From IMG/VR virus record IMGVR_UViG_3300027788_001769, positions 64,001-128,000 of that record: 64,000 nucleotides of DNA. One strand, given 5' to 3'. A model generated the notes under the pieces. The model was not told the origin of the DNA. It did not search any database and was given only the letters and a program-made list of their open reading frames with translations. The stretch is from a virus. Below, one piece after another: positions 1 through 8,905 of this stretch. Position 1 is the stretch's first letter; each line of letters starts with the position of its first letter. Made by a program: the position numbers and the translations under genes.

Positions 1-1
1 T

Positions 2-295
2 TTAGAACTCCTAAAAAAAATAAACAATTTTTTTAGGAATACGGAGGAAGGGTCTTGGCCTTACAAATTAACAGGTGGGGACTACGGTAAAAAAATATTT
101 AGTAAGATGGAAGAACAAACTAGGAGTGGTGAGGCATCTAGTAAAAAAAATAAAATGAGAGGGGGGTTAGCTAATACTCACTACAAAGAACATGAAAAAA
201 CTGGGTCAAACCCAACAAAAGTAAATGTACCCAACCCAAATGTGGATTTAACGGAACAAATAGATAAAATAAATCATATCATAAACTATTTATAA
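2..295 (+). CDS. hypothetical phage protein, 5'-truncated by the window edge
   Basis: The frame of ORF 107..295 is open back to position 2 (LELLKKINNFFRNTEEGSWPYKLTGGDYG...), so the real start lies upstream of the window. Confidence 0.75.
   Translation, partial: LELLKKINNFFRNTEEGSWPYKLTGGDYGKKIFSKMEEQTRSGEASSKKNKMRGGLANTHYKEHEKTGSNPTKVNVPNPNVDLTEQIDKINHIINYL
287..294 (+). promoter_or_regulatory. putative late promoter TATTTATA
   Basis: Same motif is found just upstream of many structural genes in this window; here 12 nt before the ATG at 307. Confidence 0.5.
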
Positions 296-306
296 AATAA
301 AAAGAA

Positions 307-618
307 ATGGCACAACAAGAACAAGCTGGTCAAAGACTAACAGATATCGCTCAAAGTGAAAGAGATAAACTTTTTCCTAGGAACACGTACGCTCCCGATA
401 AAGACGTATATGGACCACAACATCCTAATGCTATGACTGATGGTGATGAAAAAGGAAGAGGAACGTCAAATTTTTTAGGTGTACATAACCAAGAAACTGG
501 TACAAAAACTGATAATTTTACTAGGAAAGACTTAATTAAAGTTAATACTTTTAATTTTAAAGAACAGTATATTAGTGTATCTGACGACAATACTAACTCT
601 GTAGGTCTTACACCTTAA
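307..618 (+). CDS. hypothetical protein
   Basis: 103 aa ORF, A-rich upstream region, colinear with neighbours. Confidence 0.75.
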   Translation: MAQQEQAGQRLTDIAQSERDKLFPRNTYAPDKDVYGPQHPNAMTDGDEKGRGTSNFLGVHNQETGTKTDNFTRKDLIKVNTFNFKEQYISVSDDNTNSVGLTP

Positions 619-632
619 TAAAAAAAGTTATT

Positions 633-1001
633 GTGAAATTAAATGATACTTTAAAAACGTTATTATTGGAGGTCGCTAACAGAGACGACGCCTGCAAAAG
701 TGTCAAAGGTAGATTTGTAACTAGTATTTATTATCAAGGTGACACTACTCTAGACCCAGGTTGGCGAACTATCGAACCAGTTGCTGCTGGTACTACTAAA
801 AGAAATAACCCTGTTTTACGTGCATGGCAAAGAGAAGGTGCCTCAGACACCCCACAAAGAATTCCTGGGTGGAGATTTTTTAGATTAGATAGAATAACAA
901 ATTTTGACCAAACACTAGATACTTTCGATGATGTTAGACCTAACTTTAATCCGAATGGCGATAAAAGCATGAACCAAGTATGGTGTATAGCAAAATTTTA
1001 A
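633..1001 (+). CDS. stand-alone WYL-domain protein
   Basis: WYL-like pattern: IYYQG..G.RTIEP....G.....VLRAWQ..G.S...WRFFRLDRI; no HTH or WCX domain. Confidence 0.75.
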   Translation: MKLNDTLKTLLLEVANRDDACKSVKGRFVTSIYYQGDTTLDPGWRTIEPVAAGTTKRNNPVLRAWQREGASDTPQRIPGWRFFRLDRITNFDQTLDTFDDVRPNFNPNGDKSMNQVWCIAKF

Positions 1002-1004
1002 AAT

Positions 1005-1742
1005 ATGGATTCTAATAAATTACAAAACTCATTATTAAACGCAAAGCGTTTTATGACTCATGACAAATTAAACTTATCTAAAGGTACAGTACAGTCAACA
1101 GACACTATGGATATGAGAGCGATGATGGACAAACAGGAGGGCAAAAAAAACCCAGTACAGGAATTTAAAACACCTAAGGCAACCTATAACATACCAGATG
1201 AACTTACAAGTGCACCATCAAGTGCACCACCCACTACTTCTGTTCCCAGACCAGTTAACATGAAACCGCACGCTGGATTAAATTCAGAAAGAATAAATAA
1301 ATCTAACTTACCAGATGACATTAAAAGACTTATGATTGAGAACCCTATTCAGGACCCAGCTGGTACTGGTGCTGTTCTATCTAACGACTTTATTGACAAG
1401 GTTAGTGAGAAGATGAATTCTGGTGAATTTAGTGTTGACCAAATGAGGTCCACTTCTAATAACAGTGTTTCAACACCCCCACCCCCACCAAACAATACAA
1501 CTTACTCAGAACCTAAACAAATAAATGACTCTTCACCTATACCATTAATTAACGAAGACTTTTCCACAGGATTAGATTATGGTTCATTAAAAAAAGTTAT
1601 AAAAGAATGTGTTAGAGAAGTAATCACTGAAAACGGTCTTCATATAGAAGAAAATAATATTAATGAGAATTTACAACTTCGTGTTGGTAACAAAATATTT
1701 TTAGGTAATATTAAAAAAGTTAAAACTGTTAAAAAGAAATAA
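1005..1742 (+). CDS. hypothetical protein (Pro/Ser-rich linkers)
   Basis: 245 aa ORF followed by a terminator. Confidence 0.75.
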   Translation: MDSNKLQNSLLNAKRFMTHDKLNLSKGTVQSTDTMDMRAMMDKQEGKKNPVQEFKTPKATYNIPDELTSAPSSAPPTTSVPRPVNMKPHAGLNSERINKSNLPDDIKRLMIENPIQDPAGTGAVLSNDFIDKVSEKMNSGEFSVDQMRSTSNNSVSTPPPPPNNTTYSEPKQINDSSPIPLINEDFSTGLDYGSLKKVIKECVREVITENGLHIEENNINENLQLRVGNKIFLGNIKKVKTVKKK

Positions 1743-1764
1743 AAAAATTATAGGGTATTTTATC

Positions 1765-1792
1765 AAAAGGGGAGCATTGTCTCCCCTTTTTT
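1765..1792 (+). terminator. rho-independent terminator
   Basis: aaaaggggag-cattgt-ctccccttttTT hairpin with T tract. Confidence 0.85.
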
Positions 1793-1794
1793 AA

Positions 1795-1823
1795 TTGACT
1801 AATTCCATTATTCTTTGTACTTT
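1795..1823 (+). promoter_or_regulatory. host-sigma-type promoter (TTGACT-N17-TACTTT)
   Basis: Directly after the terminator and before the ATG at 1845; same spacing as other TTG-N20-TAnnTTT sites in the window. Confidence 0.6.
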
Positions 1824-1844
1824 TTCATAAAAGAAATTAATTTT

Positions 1845-3068
1845 ATGGCTAAATACAAAATACTAGTAATACCGAGTGACAGAACCGGTGTTTCCAAATT
1901 CCGTTCAGTAGACCCACATTTATGTTTACAAAAATTATACCCTAAAGAGTTTTGGGTGGATATTGATTACGAACCTAAATTAGACAACCCAGAATGGTTA
2001 AAACAATACGATTTAATACACTACCACAGGAGTTTACATCCAGACTATAATTTAGCACAGAAATTTTCAGAAAAAATTAATAAGTTAGGTATTCCAGCAA
2101 TTATGGACCTGGACGATTATTGGTTACCCAATAAAGAACACCCTGCTTATATGTTAGTTAAAGGTAGAAAAATGGATGAATTAATCCTTGAGAATTTAAA
2201 AAGAGCTCAACACGTGACTACCACAACACCTATATTTGCCAAAGAAATAGAGAAATTTTGTAAAAGTGTGTTTGTTTTAGAAAATGCGATAGACCCAAAA
2301 GAAAAACAATTTATTCACAAACCAGAACCTAGTGATAGGGTTAGGGTTGGTTGGTTAGGTGGTTCATCACATATGGCAGATTTAGAAATTTTAAATGGTG
2401 TTTCACAGAAACTAACACCCTTTAAAGATGTATCACAATTTGTGCTGTGTGGTTTCGATACTCGTGGTAATGTAACCATGATTGACGAAAAAACCGGTAA
2501 ACAAACAACAAGGGACATAACACCTAAAGAATCAGTTTGGTTTAAGTACGAACAATTATTTACCGATAACCATAATTGGTTGACTGAAGAACAGAAAAAA
2601 GTTTTAATGAAATTTAAGTTTGGTGAAGAATATGTTGACACAGATACTTCCTATAGGAGAGTTTGGACCAAACCAATAACCACTTACGCTTCCAACTATA
2701 ATAAATTTGACATTAGTCTTGCACCACTTAAACACCATATGTTTAATAAAGTTAAGTCACAGTTAAAAGTTATTGAGGCTGGTTTCCATAAAAAAGCCCT
2801 TATAGCTCAGGATTTTGGTCCTTACCAAATAGATTGTATTAACGCATATGAAAGAGGTGGCACCATAAACGATAAGGGAAATGCTCTACTAGTTCCTGAA
2901 TCTAAAAATCACAAATTATGGTACCAACACATAAAAAGGTTAATCACCAACCCCGAATTAGTTAAAGATTTAGGTGAAAGATTATACGAGACGGTTCAGA
3001 AGTACCATATTGACCGAGTAACAGAAAGAAGGGCAGAAATATATAGAGAATTAATAAGAAAAGCATAA
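1845..3068 (+). CDS. glycosyltransferase, GT-B/GT4-like
   Basis: DLDDYW, RVGWLGGSSH and DISLAPL..HMFNKVKSQLKVIEAG motifs; ATG at 1845 preferred over TTG at 1815 because of the promoter position. Confidence 0.8.
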   Translation: MAKYKILVIPSDRTGVSKFRSVDPHLCLQKLYPKEFWVDIDYEPKLDNPEWLKQYDLIHYHRSLHPDYNLAQKFSEKINKLGIPAIMDLDDYWLPNKEHPAYMLVKGRKMDELILENLKRAQHVTTTTPIFAKEIEKFCKSVFVLENAIDPKEKQFIHKPEPSDRVRVGWLGGSSHMADLEILNGVSQKLTPFKDVSQFVLCGFDTRGNVTMIDEKTGKQTTRDITPKESVWFKYEQLFTDNHNWLTEEQKKVLMKFKFGEEYVDTDTSYRRVWTKPITTYASNYNKFDISLAPLKHHMFNKVKSQLKVIEAGFHKKALIAQDFGPYQIDCINAYERGGTINDKGNALLVPESKNHKLWYQHIKRLITNPELVKDLGERLYETVQKYHIDRVTERRAEIYRELIRKA

Positions 3069-3094
3069 ACAATTAAAAATTAAAAATTAAAAAA

Positions 3095-3526
3095 ATGGCA
3101 GAAGTAGTAATTAACGACAAAGTAAAGACCCACGAAGAGGGCAACCACATATATGTTGGAACCTATAAAGGGAAAAAATTCCGTACAAGTATGGAAGATA
3201 TGAATGAAGATAGAAAACTTGTTTACCAAGAAGGTGAGGAAAACTTTGACGAGGAGGAAAAGAAGGTAATATACCAACAGTTAGATGAAATGACCTATAT
3301 TAGACCTGACGAAAAAGGTGACGAAAATAGTGTAATCGTAGAAAAAGACTATGAAGACTGGTGGGCTTTTAAGTTTGAGTGTTATGGTTCTTATGGAGAA
3401 CACAAATTTGTAGTGTTAGAGGAAAGTGATGACAATGGTGGTGACGCTACTTTTGTGGAAGGTGAAGATAAATTTAGTGAAGAAGAACAAGAATTAATTT
3501 ACGAAGCAGTAAATGAATACATGTAA
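3095..3526 (+). CDS. acidic hypothetical protein with internal duplication
   Basis: Two similar halves ending EGEENFDEEEKKVIYQQLDEM and EGEDKFSEEEQELIYEAVNEYM. Confidence 0.75.
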   Translation: MAEVVINDKVKTHEEGNHIYVGTYKGKKFRTSMEDMNEDRKLVYQEGEENFDEEEKKVIYQQLDEMTYIRPDEKGDENSVIVEKDYEDWWAFKFECYGSYGEHKFVVLEESDDNGGDATFVEGEDKFSEEEQELIYEAVNEYM

Positions 3527-3527
3527 C

Positions 3528-3776
3528 ATGACTAAATTACCAAAGTGGTTTACAGGAGAGTTATATGAAGAAGGTGGTATGGTTAGTAATAGATTTTCAG
3601 GTGAAGAATACCAACTAACATCAGAGGAACTATCAATGTATGATTTTATTATGGGCGCAACAATTATGATGGAAATGAATATAAAGTACGATACCCAAAT
3701 GATTGCCGACCTACGAAAAGGTCTGGAGTGGTTTAGAGAAAATAATAGTAAGGCCTATATGGTCTTATTAGATTAA
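3528..3776 (+). CDS. hypothetical phage protein
   Basis: ORF MTKLPKWFTG...AYMVLLD; start at 3528 directly after the previous stop (track gives 3513). Confidence 0.7.
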   Translation: MTKLPKWFTGELYEEGGMVSNRFSGEEYQLTSEELSMYDFIMGATIMMEMNIKYDTQMIADLRKGLEWFRENNSKAYMVLLD

Positions 3777-3789
3777 TTAAAAAAAGAAT

Positions 3790-3820
3790 TTGATTTAGTG
3801 GTTAGATAATTGTATCATTA
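3790..3820 (+). promoter_or_regulatory. host-sigma-type promoter (TTGATT-N17-TATCATTA)
   Basis: Intergenic, same spacing as the other promoters. Confidence 0.45.
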
Positions 3821-3882
3821 TTCAGACATACCTAAAGAAACAATTTACTTTAGTAATAAATAAAAATTTATAAAAAATAAAA

Positions 3883-4062
3883 ATGGCAGTAGAAATCAAT
3901 ATTATAGAAAACGGACCTATCTTGGTCAAAGGAGAAACCACAGTAACAAAGGGTGGGGAAAAAGTAACAGTTAGTGAAAATTATGCGTTGTGTAGATGTG
4001 GGAAGAGTAAGGCCCAACCAATGTGTGATGGAACACATAAATCAGAAAATTTTAAAGGATAA
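3883..4062 (+). CDS. CDGSH-type iron-sulfur domain protein (59 aa, not in the ORF track)
   Basis: Translates to MAVEINIIENGPILVKGETTVTKGGEKVTVSENYALCRCGKSKAQPMCDGTHKSENFKG; C-x-C-x2-S-x3-P-x-CDG(S/T)H motif. Confidence 0.9.
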   Translation: MAVEINIIENGPILVKGETTVTKGGEKVTVSENYALCRCGKSKAQPMCDGTHKSENFKG

Positions 4063-4066
4063 ATAT

Positions 4067-4300
4067 ATGTACTATCAAGCAATCGTAGCATTCGAAACCG
4101 GGGCGTTAGACAGTGAAGGAACACCCAAAGTTAAAAAATTTAAATATATTGTAGAATCAGAATCAGTTTTTGAGGCTAACAAAAGACTATCTCATTATCT
4201 TTCAGAAGATACTAGAGATTCAGAAGTTATATCTGTCATTAAAGCACCTTATGAAGATATTTTACATCCGGAACTAACACCAAATTATTACAAACAATGA
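4067..4300 (+). CDS. DUF4494-like protein
   Basis: True start probably MYYQAIVAF (4067), because the CDGSH gene occupies the 5' part of track ORF 3974; pattern G..K....YIVESESVFEA..R recalls Bacteroidota DUF4494. Confidence 0.55.
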   Translation: MYYQAIVAFETGALDSEGTPKVKKFKYIVESESVFEANKRLSHYLSEDTRDSEVISVIKAPYEDILHPELTPNYYKQ

Positions 4301-5001
4301 TTGACAACATAAACAAATTATTATTTCTAGATATAGAAACCGTAGGTCTTTATTATGACCTAGATGATTTACATCATCAGTCCCCACAACTACATAAGGT
4401 TTGGGAAGATAGTGGTTATGGGTATTTTAAAAGACAATACCCTGAGGATTCGGAATTAACAAGTGATGATATGTTTATGAAACGTGCTGGTCTTTTAGCA
4501 GAGTTTGGAAAAATAGTTTGTATCTCTGTTGGTTTTGTTTTAGAAAATGGGAATACTAAGTTGGATAGTTTTATTGGTACGGAAAAAGAAATATTATCTA
4601 ATTGTTCTACCCTTTTAAATAGGGTAGATAAATTAGGTTTTCTTATTTGTGGTCATAACGTAAAAAACTTTGACCTACCGTACATTGGGAAAAGGATGAC
4701 CATAAATGGAATCGCTGTTCCAGGTATTGTCCCTAACTATAAAATAAAACCTTGGGAGTCTAGGGTTTTAGACACTAAAGAAGTTTGGAACTTTAATTCT
4801 TACAGGGGATTATCTTCTTTAGAGTTAGTGTGTGCGTCTTTAGGGATTCCAAACCCAAAGGACAATGAGGTAAATGGGGCAAATCTCCATTCTTTTTACT
4901 ATGATGCTGAGTCAAGTGAAAAAGATAAAATAGAAAAGATTAAAAACTATTGTGAAAAAGATGTTCTTTCTTTAATACAATTTGTAAAAAAAATAAAGTA
5001 A
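4297..5001 (+). CDS. 3'-5' exonuclease, PolB-exonuclease-related (DEDDy)
   Basis: ExoI FLDIET, ExoII GHNVKNFDLPY, ExoIII YCEKDV; AEFGKIVCISVG. Confidence 0.85.
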   Translation: MIDNINKLLFLDIETVGLYYDLDDLHHQSPQLHKVWEDSGYGYFKRQYPEDSELTSDDMFMKRAGLLAEFGKIVCISVGFVLENGNTKLDSFIGTEKEILSNCSTLLNRVDKLGFLICGHNVKNFDLPYIGKRMTINGIAVPGIVPNYKIKPWESRVLDTKEVWNFNSYRGLSSLELVCASLGIPNPKDNEVNGANLHSFYYDAESSEKDKIEKIKNYCEKDVLSLIQFVKKIK

Positions 5002-5003
5002 TA

Positions 5004-5633
5004 ATGAAAGATTTAATAAATAAATTAAAAGATTTACGGAACGTAGCTCAAACAATACAGTCTCTTGATGAGGGTAATATGCCAACACCAAAAGAACTAC
5101 AAAAAACTATGGAAGATACACTTGGTGTTAGTATTGAGGAATTGGATAATATGGACATTTCTTCAGCTTTTGAAGATAGTCAACCTAAGGTTGAGGTAAA
5201 ATTTATCAATAAGAGTACAAATCAAAACCCATCATACATCTATAAAGGGGATAGTGGTTTTGACTTTAGAGCTAATTTAAAAGAAACAATGGTAATAGAA
5301 CCTATGGGAAGAGCCCTGGTACCAACAGGTCTGTTTTTTGAAATTCCTTTTGGTTACGAATTACAGGTAAGACCTAAAAGTGGTTTGGCAATTAAGAAAG
5401 GGATAATGGTACTCAATACCCCAGGCACTGTAGATAGCAATTATAGAGGTGAGATACAAATAATTTTAATAAATTTAAGTAAGGAAGATTACATTATAGA
5501 GCATGGTGATAGAATAGCACAAGGTGTTGTATGCCCTATACTAAATAAAGATTGGTCTGTTATGTCAGAGGTGGATGTTTTATCTCCTTCTGATAGACAA
5601 GACGGTGCTTTTGGTAGTACAGGAATAAAATAA
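5004..5633 (+). CDS. dut: trimeric dUTPase with N-terminal extension
   Basis: SGFDF, KSGLA, GTVDSNYRGEI, GDRIAQ, RQDGAFGSTG motifs. Confidence 0.93.
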   Translation: MKDLINKLKDLRNVAQTIQSLDEGNMPTPKELQKTMEDTLGVSIEELDNMDISSAFEDSQPKVEVKFINKSTNQNPSYIYKGDSGFDFRANLKETMVIEPMGRALVPTGLFFEIPFGYELQVRPKSGLAIKKGIMVLNTPGTVDSNYRGEIQIILINLSKEDYIIEHGDRIAQGVVCPILNKDWSVMSEVDVLSPSDRQDGAFGSTGIK

Positions 5634-5639
5634 AAAAAT

Positions 5640-6635
5640 ATGCAATCAAGAACAATATTAATTACCGGAGGAGCTGGATTTATAGGTAGTCACCTAGTAA
5701 AATTTTTAGTAAATAAATACCCACACTATAATTTACACATTATAGATAATTTAAATTATGCTGGTGATATAGATAATTTAAAAGAAGTGATAGACGATAT
5801 AACCTTTCACAAACAAGACATAACTGACAATAGGATGATTAGTAAATTATTTGAATTGTATTGTTACGATGGGGTTTTTCATTTAGCCGCTCAAACACAC
5901 GTAGATAACTCAATAAAAAACCCAAATGTCTTTATAGACACAAATATTATGGGTACTGTTAACATAATTAATTTATGTTTAGAACATAGTTGTAGGTTAT
6001 TAAGTGTTTCTACAGATGAAGTATATGGTAGTCTTCCTTTAAATGAGAAGTCTCACTTTTATGAATTTACTTGTTACAAACCTAATTCTCCCTACGCAGC
6101 TTCAAAAGCCTGTGCAGATTTGTTAACACTTTCTTACCATAAAACATACAATTTAAATTGTAATATAACTCACTGTTCAAATAACTTTGGACCACATCAA
6201 CACGACGAAAAATTCATACCAACGATAGTGAGGTCACTAGTGAATAATACCCCAATACCTTTATATGGTACTGGAGAAAATGTAAGAGACTGGTTAAGTG
6301 TTAAAGAACATGTGGACGCTTTAGATGTAGTATTTCATAATGGAAAATCTGGAGAAGAATATAATGTGGGTACCCATAACGAATTGTCAAACTACAAACT
6401 AGTCGAAAAAATATGTCAAATATACGATAGGATAAAAGAAATAGATGTCGATAACGATTCTAGAAGATTAATTAATTTTGTAAAGGATAGGGTTGGACAT
6501 GACGATAGATACGCAATTAATGCTGATAAATTAAAAAATAAATTAAGGTGGAAAGCAAAGACTGAGTTCCTAACCGAGTTAACTGAAACAGTTGAATTTT
6601 ACATAAATAAATATGAGTCTAACAGTAGCATTTAG
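5640..6635 (+). CDS. rfbB: dTDP-glucose 4,6-dehydratase
   Basis: GGAGFIG, HLAAQTHVD, STDEVYG, PNSPYAASK, CSNNFGP, GENVRDW, GHDDRYA. Confidence 0.92.
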   Translation: MQSRTILITGGAGFIGSHLVKFLVNKYPHYNLHIIDNLNYAGDIDNLKEVIDDITFHKQDITDNRMISKLFELYCYDGVFHLAAQTHVDNSIKNPNVFIDTNIMGTVNIINLCLEHSCRLLSVSTDEVYGSLPLNEKSHFYEFTCYKPNSPYAASKACADLLTLSYHKTYNLNCNITHCSNNFGPHQHDEKFIPTIVRSLVNNTPIPLYGTGENVRDWLSVKEHVDALDVVFHNGKSGEEYNVGTHNELSNYKLVEKICQIYDRIKEIDVDNDSRRLINFVKDRVGHDDRYAINADKLKNKLRWKAKTEFLTELTETVEFYINKYESNSSI

Positions 6636-8133
6636 TACAAGAAGAATAAACTCTTCTTATGTACAACACATTAAAAAAACTTGTGGGGTTAAGAACCTGG
6701 AGATACTCCCTTTTGAGAATCCAGACGGTACTTCACTTACAGAGATATATAATAAAGCTTTATCCCAAGCAAAAAATGACGTAGTGGTTTTATGTCATGA
6801 CGACATATCTTTTAATGCCAAGGGTTGGGGTAGAAAATTACTAGATAGGTACAATGAATCAGATTATGGTATTTTAGGTGTGGCAGGGACCACCCACATG
6901 GCTTCTACTGGTAGGTGGTGGCAAGACACCACAAAAATGGTGGGTAGGGTTAGTCATACTCACGAAGGTAAAACTTGGGTAAATTCTTATAGTTCCACCT
7001 TCCCTAAACAAATACTAAAAGTATGTTGTCTAGACGGTGTGTTCTTTTCTTGCCATAAAAAACGAATAGTAAATAACTTCGATGAGGGAGTAGAAGGGTT
7101 TCACTTTTACGATGTAGACTTTTGTTTTTCTAATTTCATTTCTGGTGTTAAGTTGGGTGTGGTTTTTGACGTAAAAATAACACATAAATCTATAGGTCAG
7201 ACTAATGATGAGTGGGAAGAAAATAGGAAGAATTTTGTTAAGAAGTTTTCTGTCAACCCAAAAACTAAGGAACCATTATTACCGACTTACGTTAAACCTG
7301 AAATAAAATTTACTGAAGTTAAAAAATCACTTAAAGACACACCTAAAGTAGAGTTAATTATACCTAACAAAAATAATTTTAAATTACTTAAAGGTTGTAT
7401 AGATTCGATAATTAATATTTCAACCTACGAAAACTATAAAATTACAGTTGCAGACACCGGTAGTGATGAAGACAATTTAAAACAAATAAGAGAATACTGC
7501 AATGAAAATAAAGTAAAACTTATAGAGTTTGAATTTTATCACTTTGCCGGGACAAATAATGATGTGGTTAAAAATCATTGTGATAAAGATACCGAATTAT
7601 TACTTTTTTGTAATAACGACATAGAACTAATAAATGACGCCATAACTGAAATGGTTAATCTTTATGTTAAAAATAAAAAAACTTGTGGTACTGTGGGTGC
7701 TAGACTTCACTTTGAAGACAACACAATCCAACATGGAGGAATTATGTTAATGGGACAACCACAAAAAGATGGTCAAATGCAGATTGGTTTGTCACATCAA
7801 GGACTTAGGTCTTCCTACAACTACCCAATTAGTAATTTAATAGATACTTTAGGAAATACCGGAGCTTTTTTATTAATAAAAAGGTCTCTTTTTGAAGAGA
7901 TTGGGATGTTTAACGAACAATACTCGGACTGCTTAGAGGACGTTGAACTTAACATGGAATGTATAGTAAGGGGTAGAAAAAATATGTTTGCCGGTAACGC
8001 GGTAGCTTATCATTTTGAGAGTAGGACTAGAAAAAGTGAAGGGGCAATTAAACCTGAAGATTTTAATCACCTTATGAAGTTTGTGAACGAAAACAATAAA
8101 AAATTAATAAAGTACATAAAATTAAGACAATAA
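6613..8133 (+). CDS. two-domain glycosyltransferase (GT2-like + GT2)
   Basis: N-domain YNKAL...LCHDDI...LDG.FF...FHFYDVD; C-domain IIPNKN...ADTGS...LFCNNDI...LEDVEL. Confidence 0.85.
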   Translation: MSLTVAFSTRRINSSYVQHIKKTCGVKNLEILPFENPDGTSLTEIYNKALSQAKNDVVVLCHDDISFNAKGWGRKLLDRYNESDYGILGVAGTTHMASTGRWWQDTTKMVGRVSHTHEGKTWVNSYSSTFPKQILKVCCLDGVFFSCHKKRIVNNFDEGVEGFHFYDVDFCFSNFISGVKLGVVFDVKITHKSIGQTNDEWEENRKNFVKKFSVNPKTKEPLLPTYVKPEIKFTEVKKSLKDTPKVELIIPNKNNFKLLKGCIDSIINISTYENYKITVADTGSDEDNLKQIREYCNENKVKLIEFEFYHFAGTNNDVVKNHCDKDTELLLFCNNDIELINDAITEMVNLYVKNKKTCGTVGARLHFEDNTIQHGGIMLMGQPQKDGQMQIGLSHQGLRSSYNYPISNLIDTLGNTGAFLLIKRSLFEEIGMFNEQYSDCLEDVELNMECIVRGRKNMFAGNAVAYHFESRTRKSEGAIKPEDFNHLMKFVNENNKKLIKYIKLRQ

Positions 8134-8904
8134 ATGAAATTAGGAATATCTTACAACGTATTTGATGGTGAAGAACTGTTAGAACAATCCATACTCTGTA
8201 TCAGGGACCAAGTTGACTTCATATCAGTGGTTTACCAAGAAGACTCTAACTTTGGCAATCCATGTGACCCAAACCTAATACCACTTTTAAACTCATTAAA
8301 AGAAAGGGGTTTGGTTGACGAATTATTCGCTTATAGACCAAAGGTAACTCAAGGAGGACATTTCAATGAGTCCATGAAACGTAACCTTGGTTTGTTTTTA
8401 TCTGAAGGAGCGAAATGTACTCACCACATGTCTATGGATACTGACGAGTATTACGATAAAGAACAATTTAAGTTTATGTGTAAAACTATTGAGGAAGGCA
8501 ATTATGATTCCGCCGCCTGTCAACTAATCACATACTATAAAAACACGGAGTATCGATTAGACCCTATGGAGGACTATTACGTTTCACTAATATATAAAAT
8601 AGCCCCAGGAAAAACTTTTGTCGGGTGTCCGTTTCCAGTACTAGTAGACCCAACCAGAAGAATGGTTGCTGGAAACTGTAAAATATTTACTCGAGAAGAA
8701 ATTGAAATGCATCACTTAAGTTATGTTAGAAATAACATTAGAACTAAACTAACTAACTCATCCGCAAGTCCTAATTTTAAAAACATTGACAAATTGGTAA
8801 ATTATTTTAATAATTGGGAGTACGGTAAACAAGCTTTAATGGGTGGTGCTCCTGATAAGTTTTACGACATAAAAAAAATAGAGGACAAATTTAACATAAA
8901 ATAA
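8134..8904 (+). CDS. putative GT-A fold glycosyltransferase
   Basis: YNVFDGEELL..SI, KRN.GL, MSMDTDEYY (DxD), MHHLSYVR. Confidence 0.6.
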   Translation: MKLGISYNVFDGEELLEQSILCIRDQVDFISVVYQEDSNFGNPCDPNLIPLLNSLKERGLVDELFAYRPKVTQGGHFNESMKRNLGLFLSEGAKCTHHMSMDTDEYYDKEQFKFMCKTIEEGNYDSAACQLITYYKNTEYRLDPMEDYYVSLIYKIAPGKTFVGCPFPVLVDPTRRMVAGNCKIFTREEIEMHHLSYVRNNIRTKLTNSSASPNFKNIDKLVNYFNNWEYGKQALMGGAPDKFYDIKKIEDKFNIK

Positions 8905-8905
8905 A

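Noticed and set aside
3974-4066. N-terminal part of track ORF 3974..4300
   Set aside because: It overlaps the CDGSH gene in another frame; the ATG at 4067 is the better start
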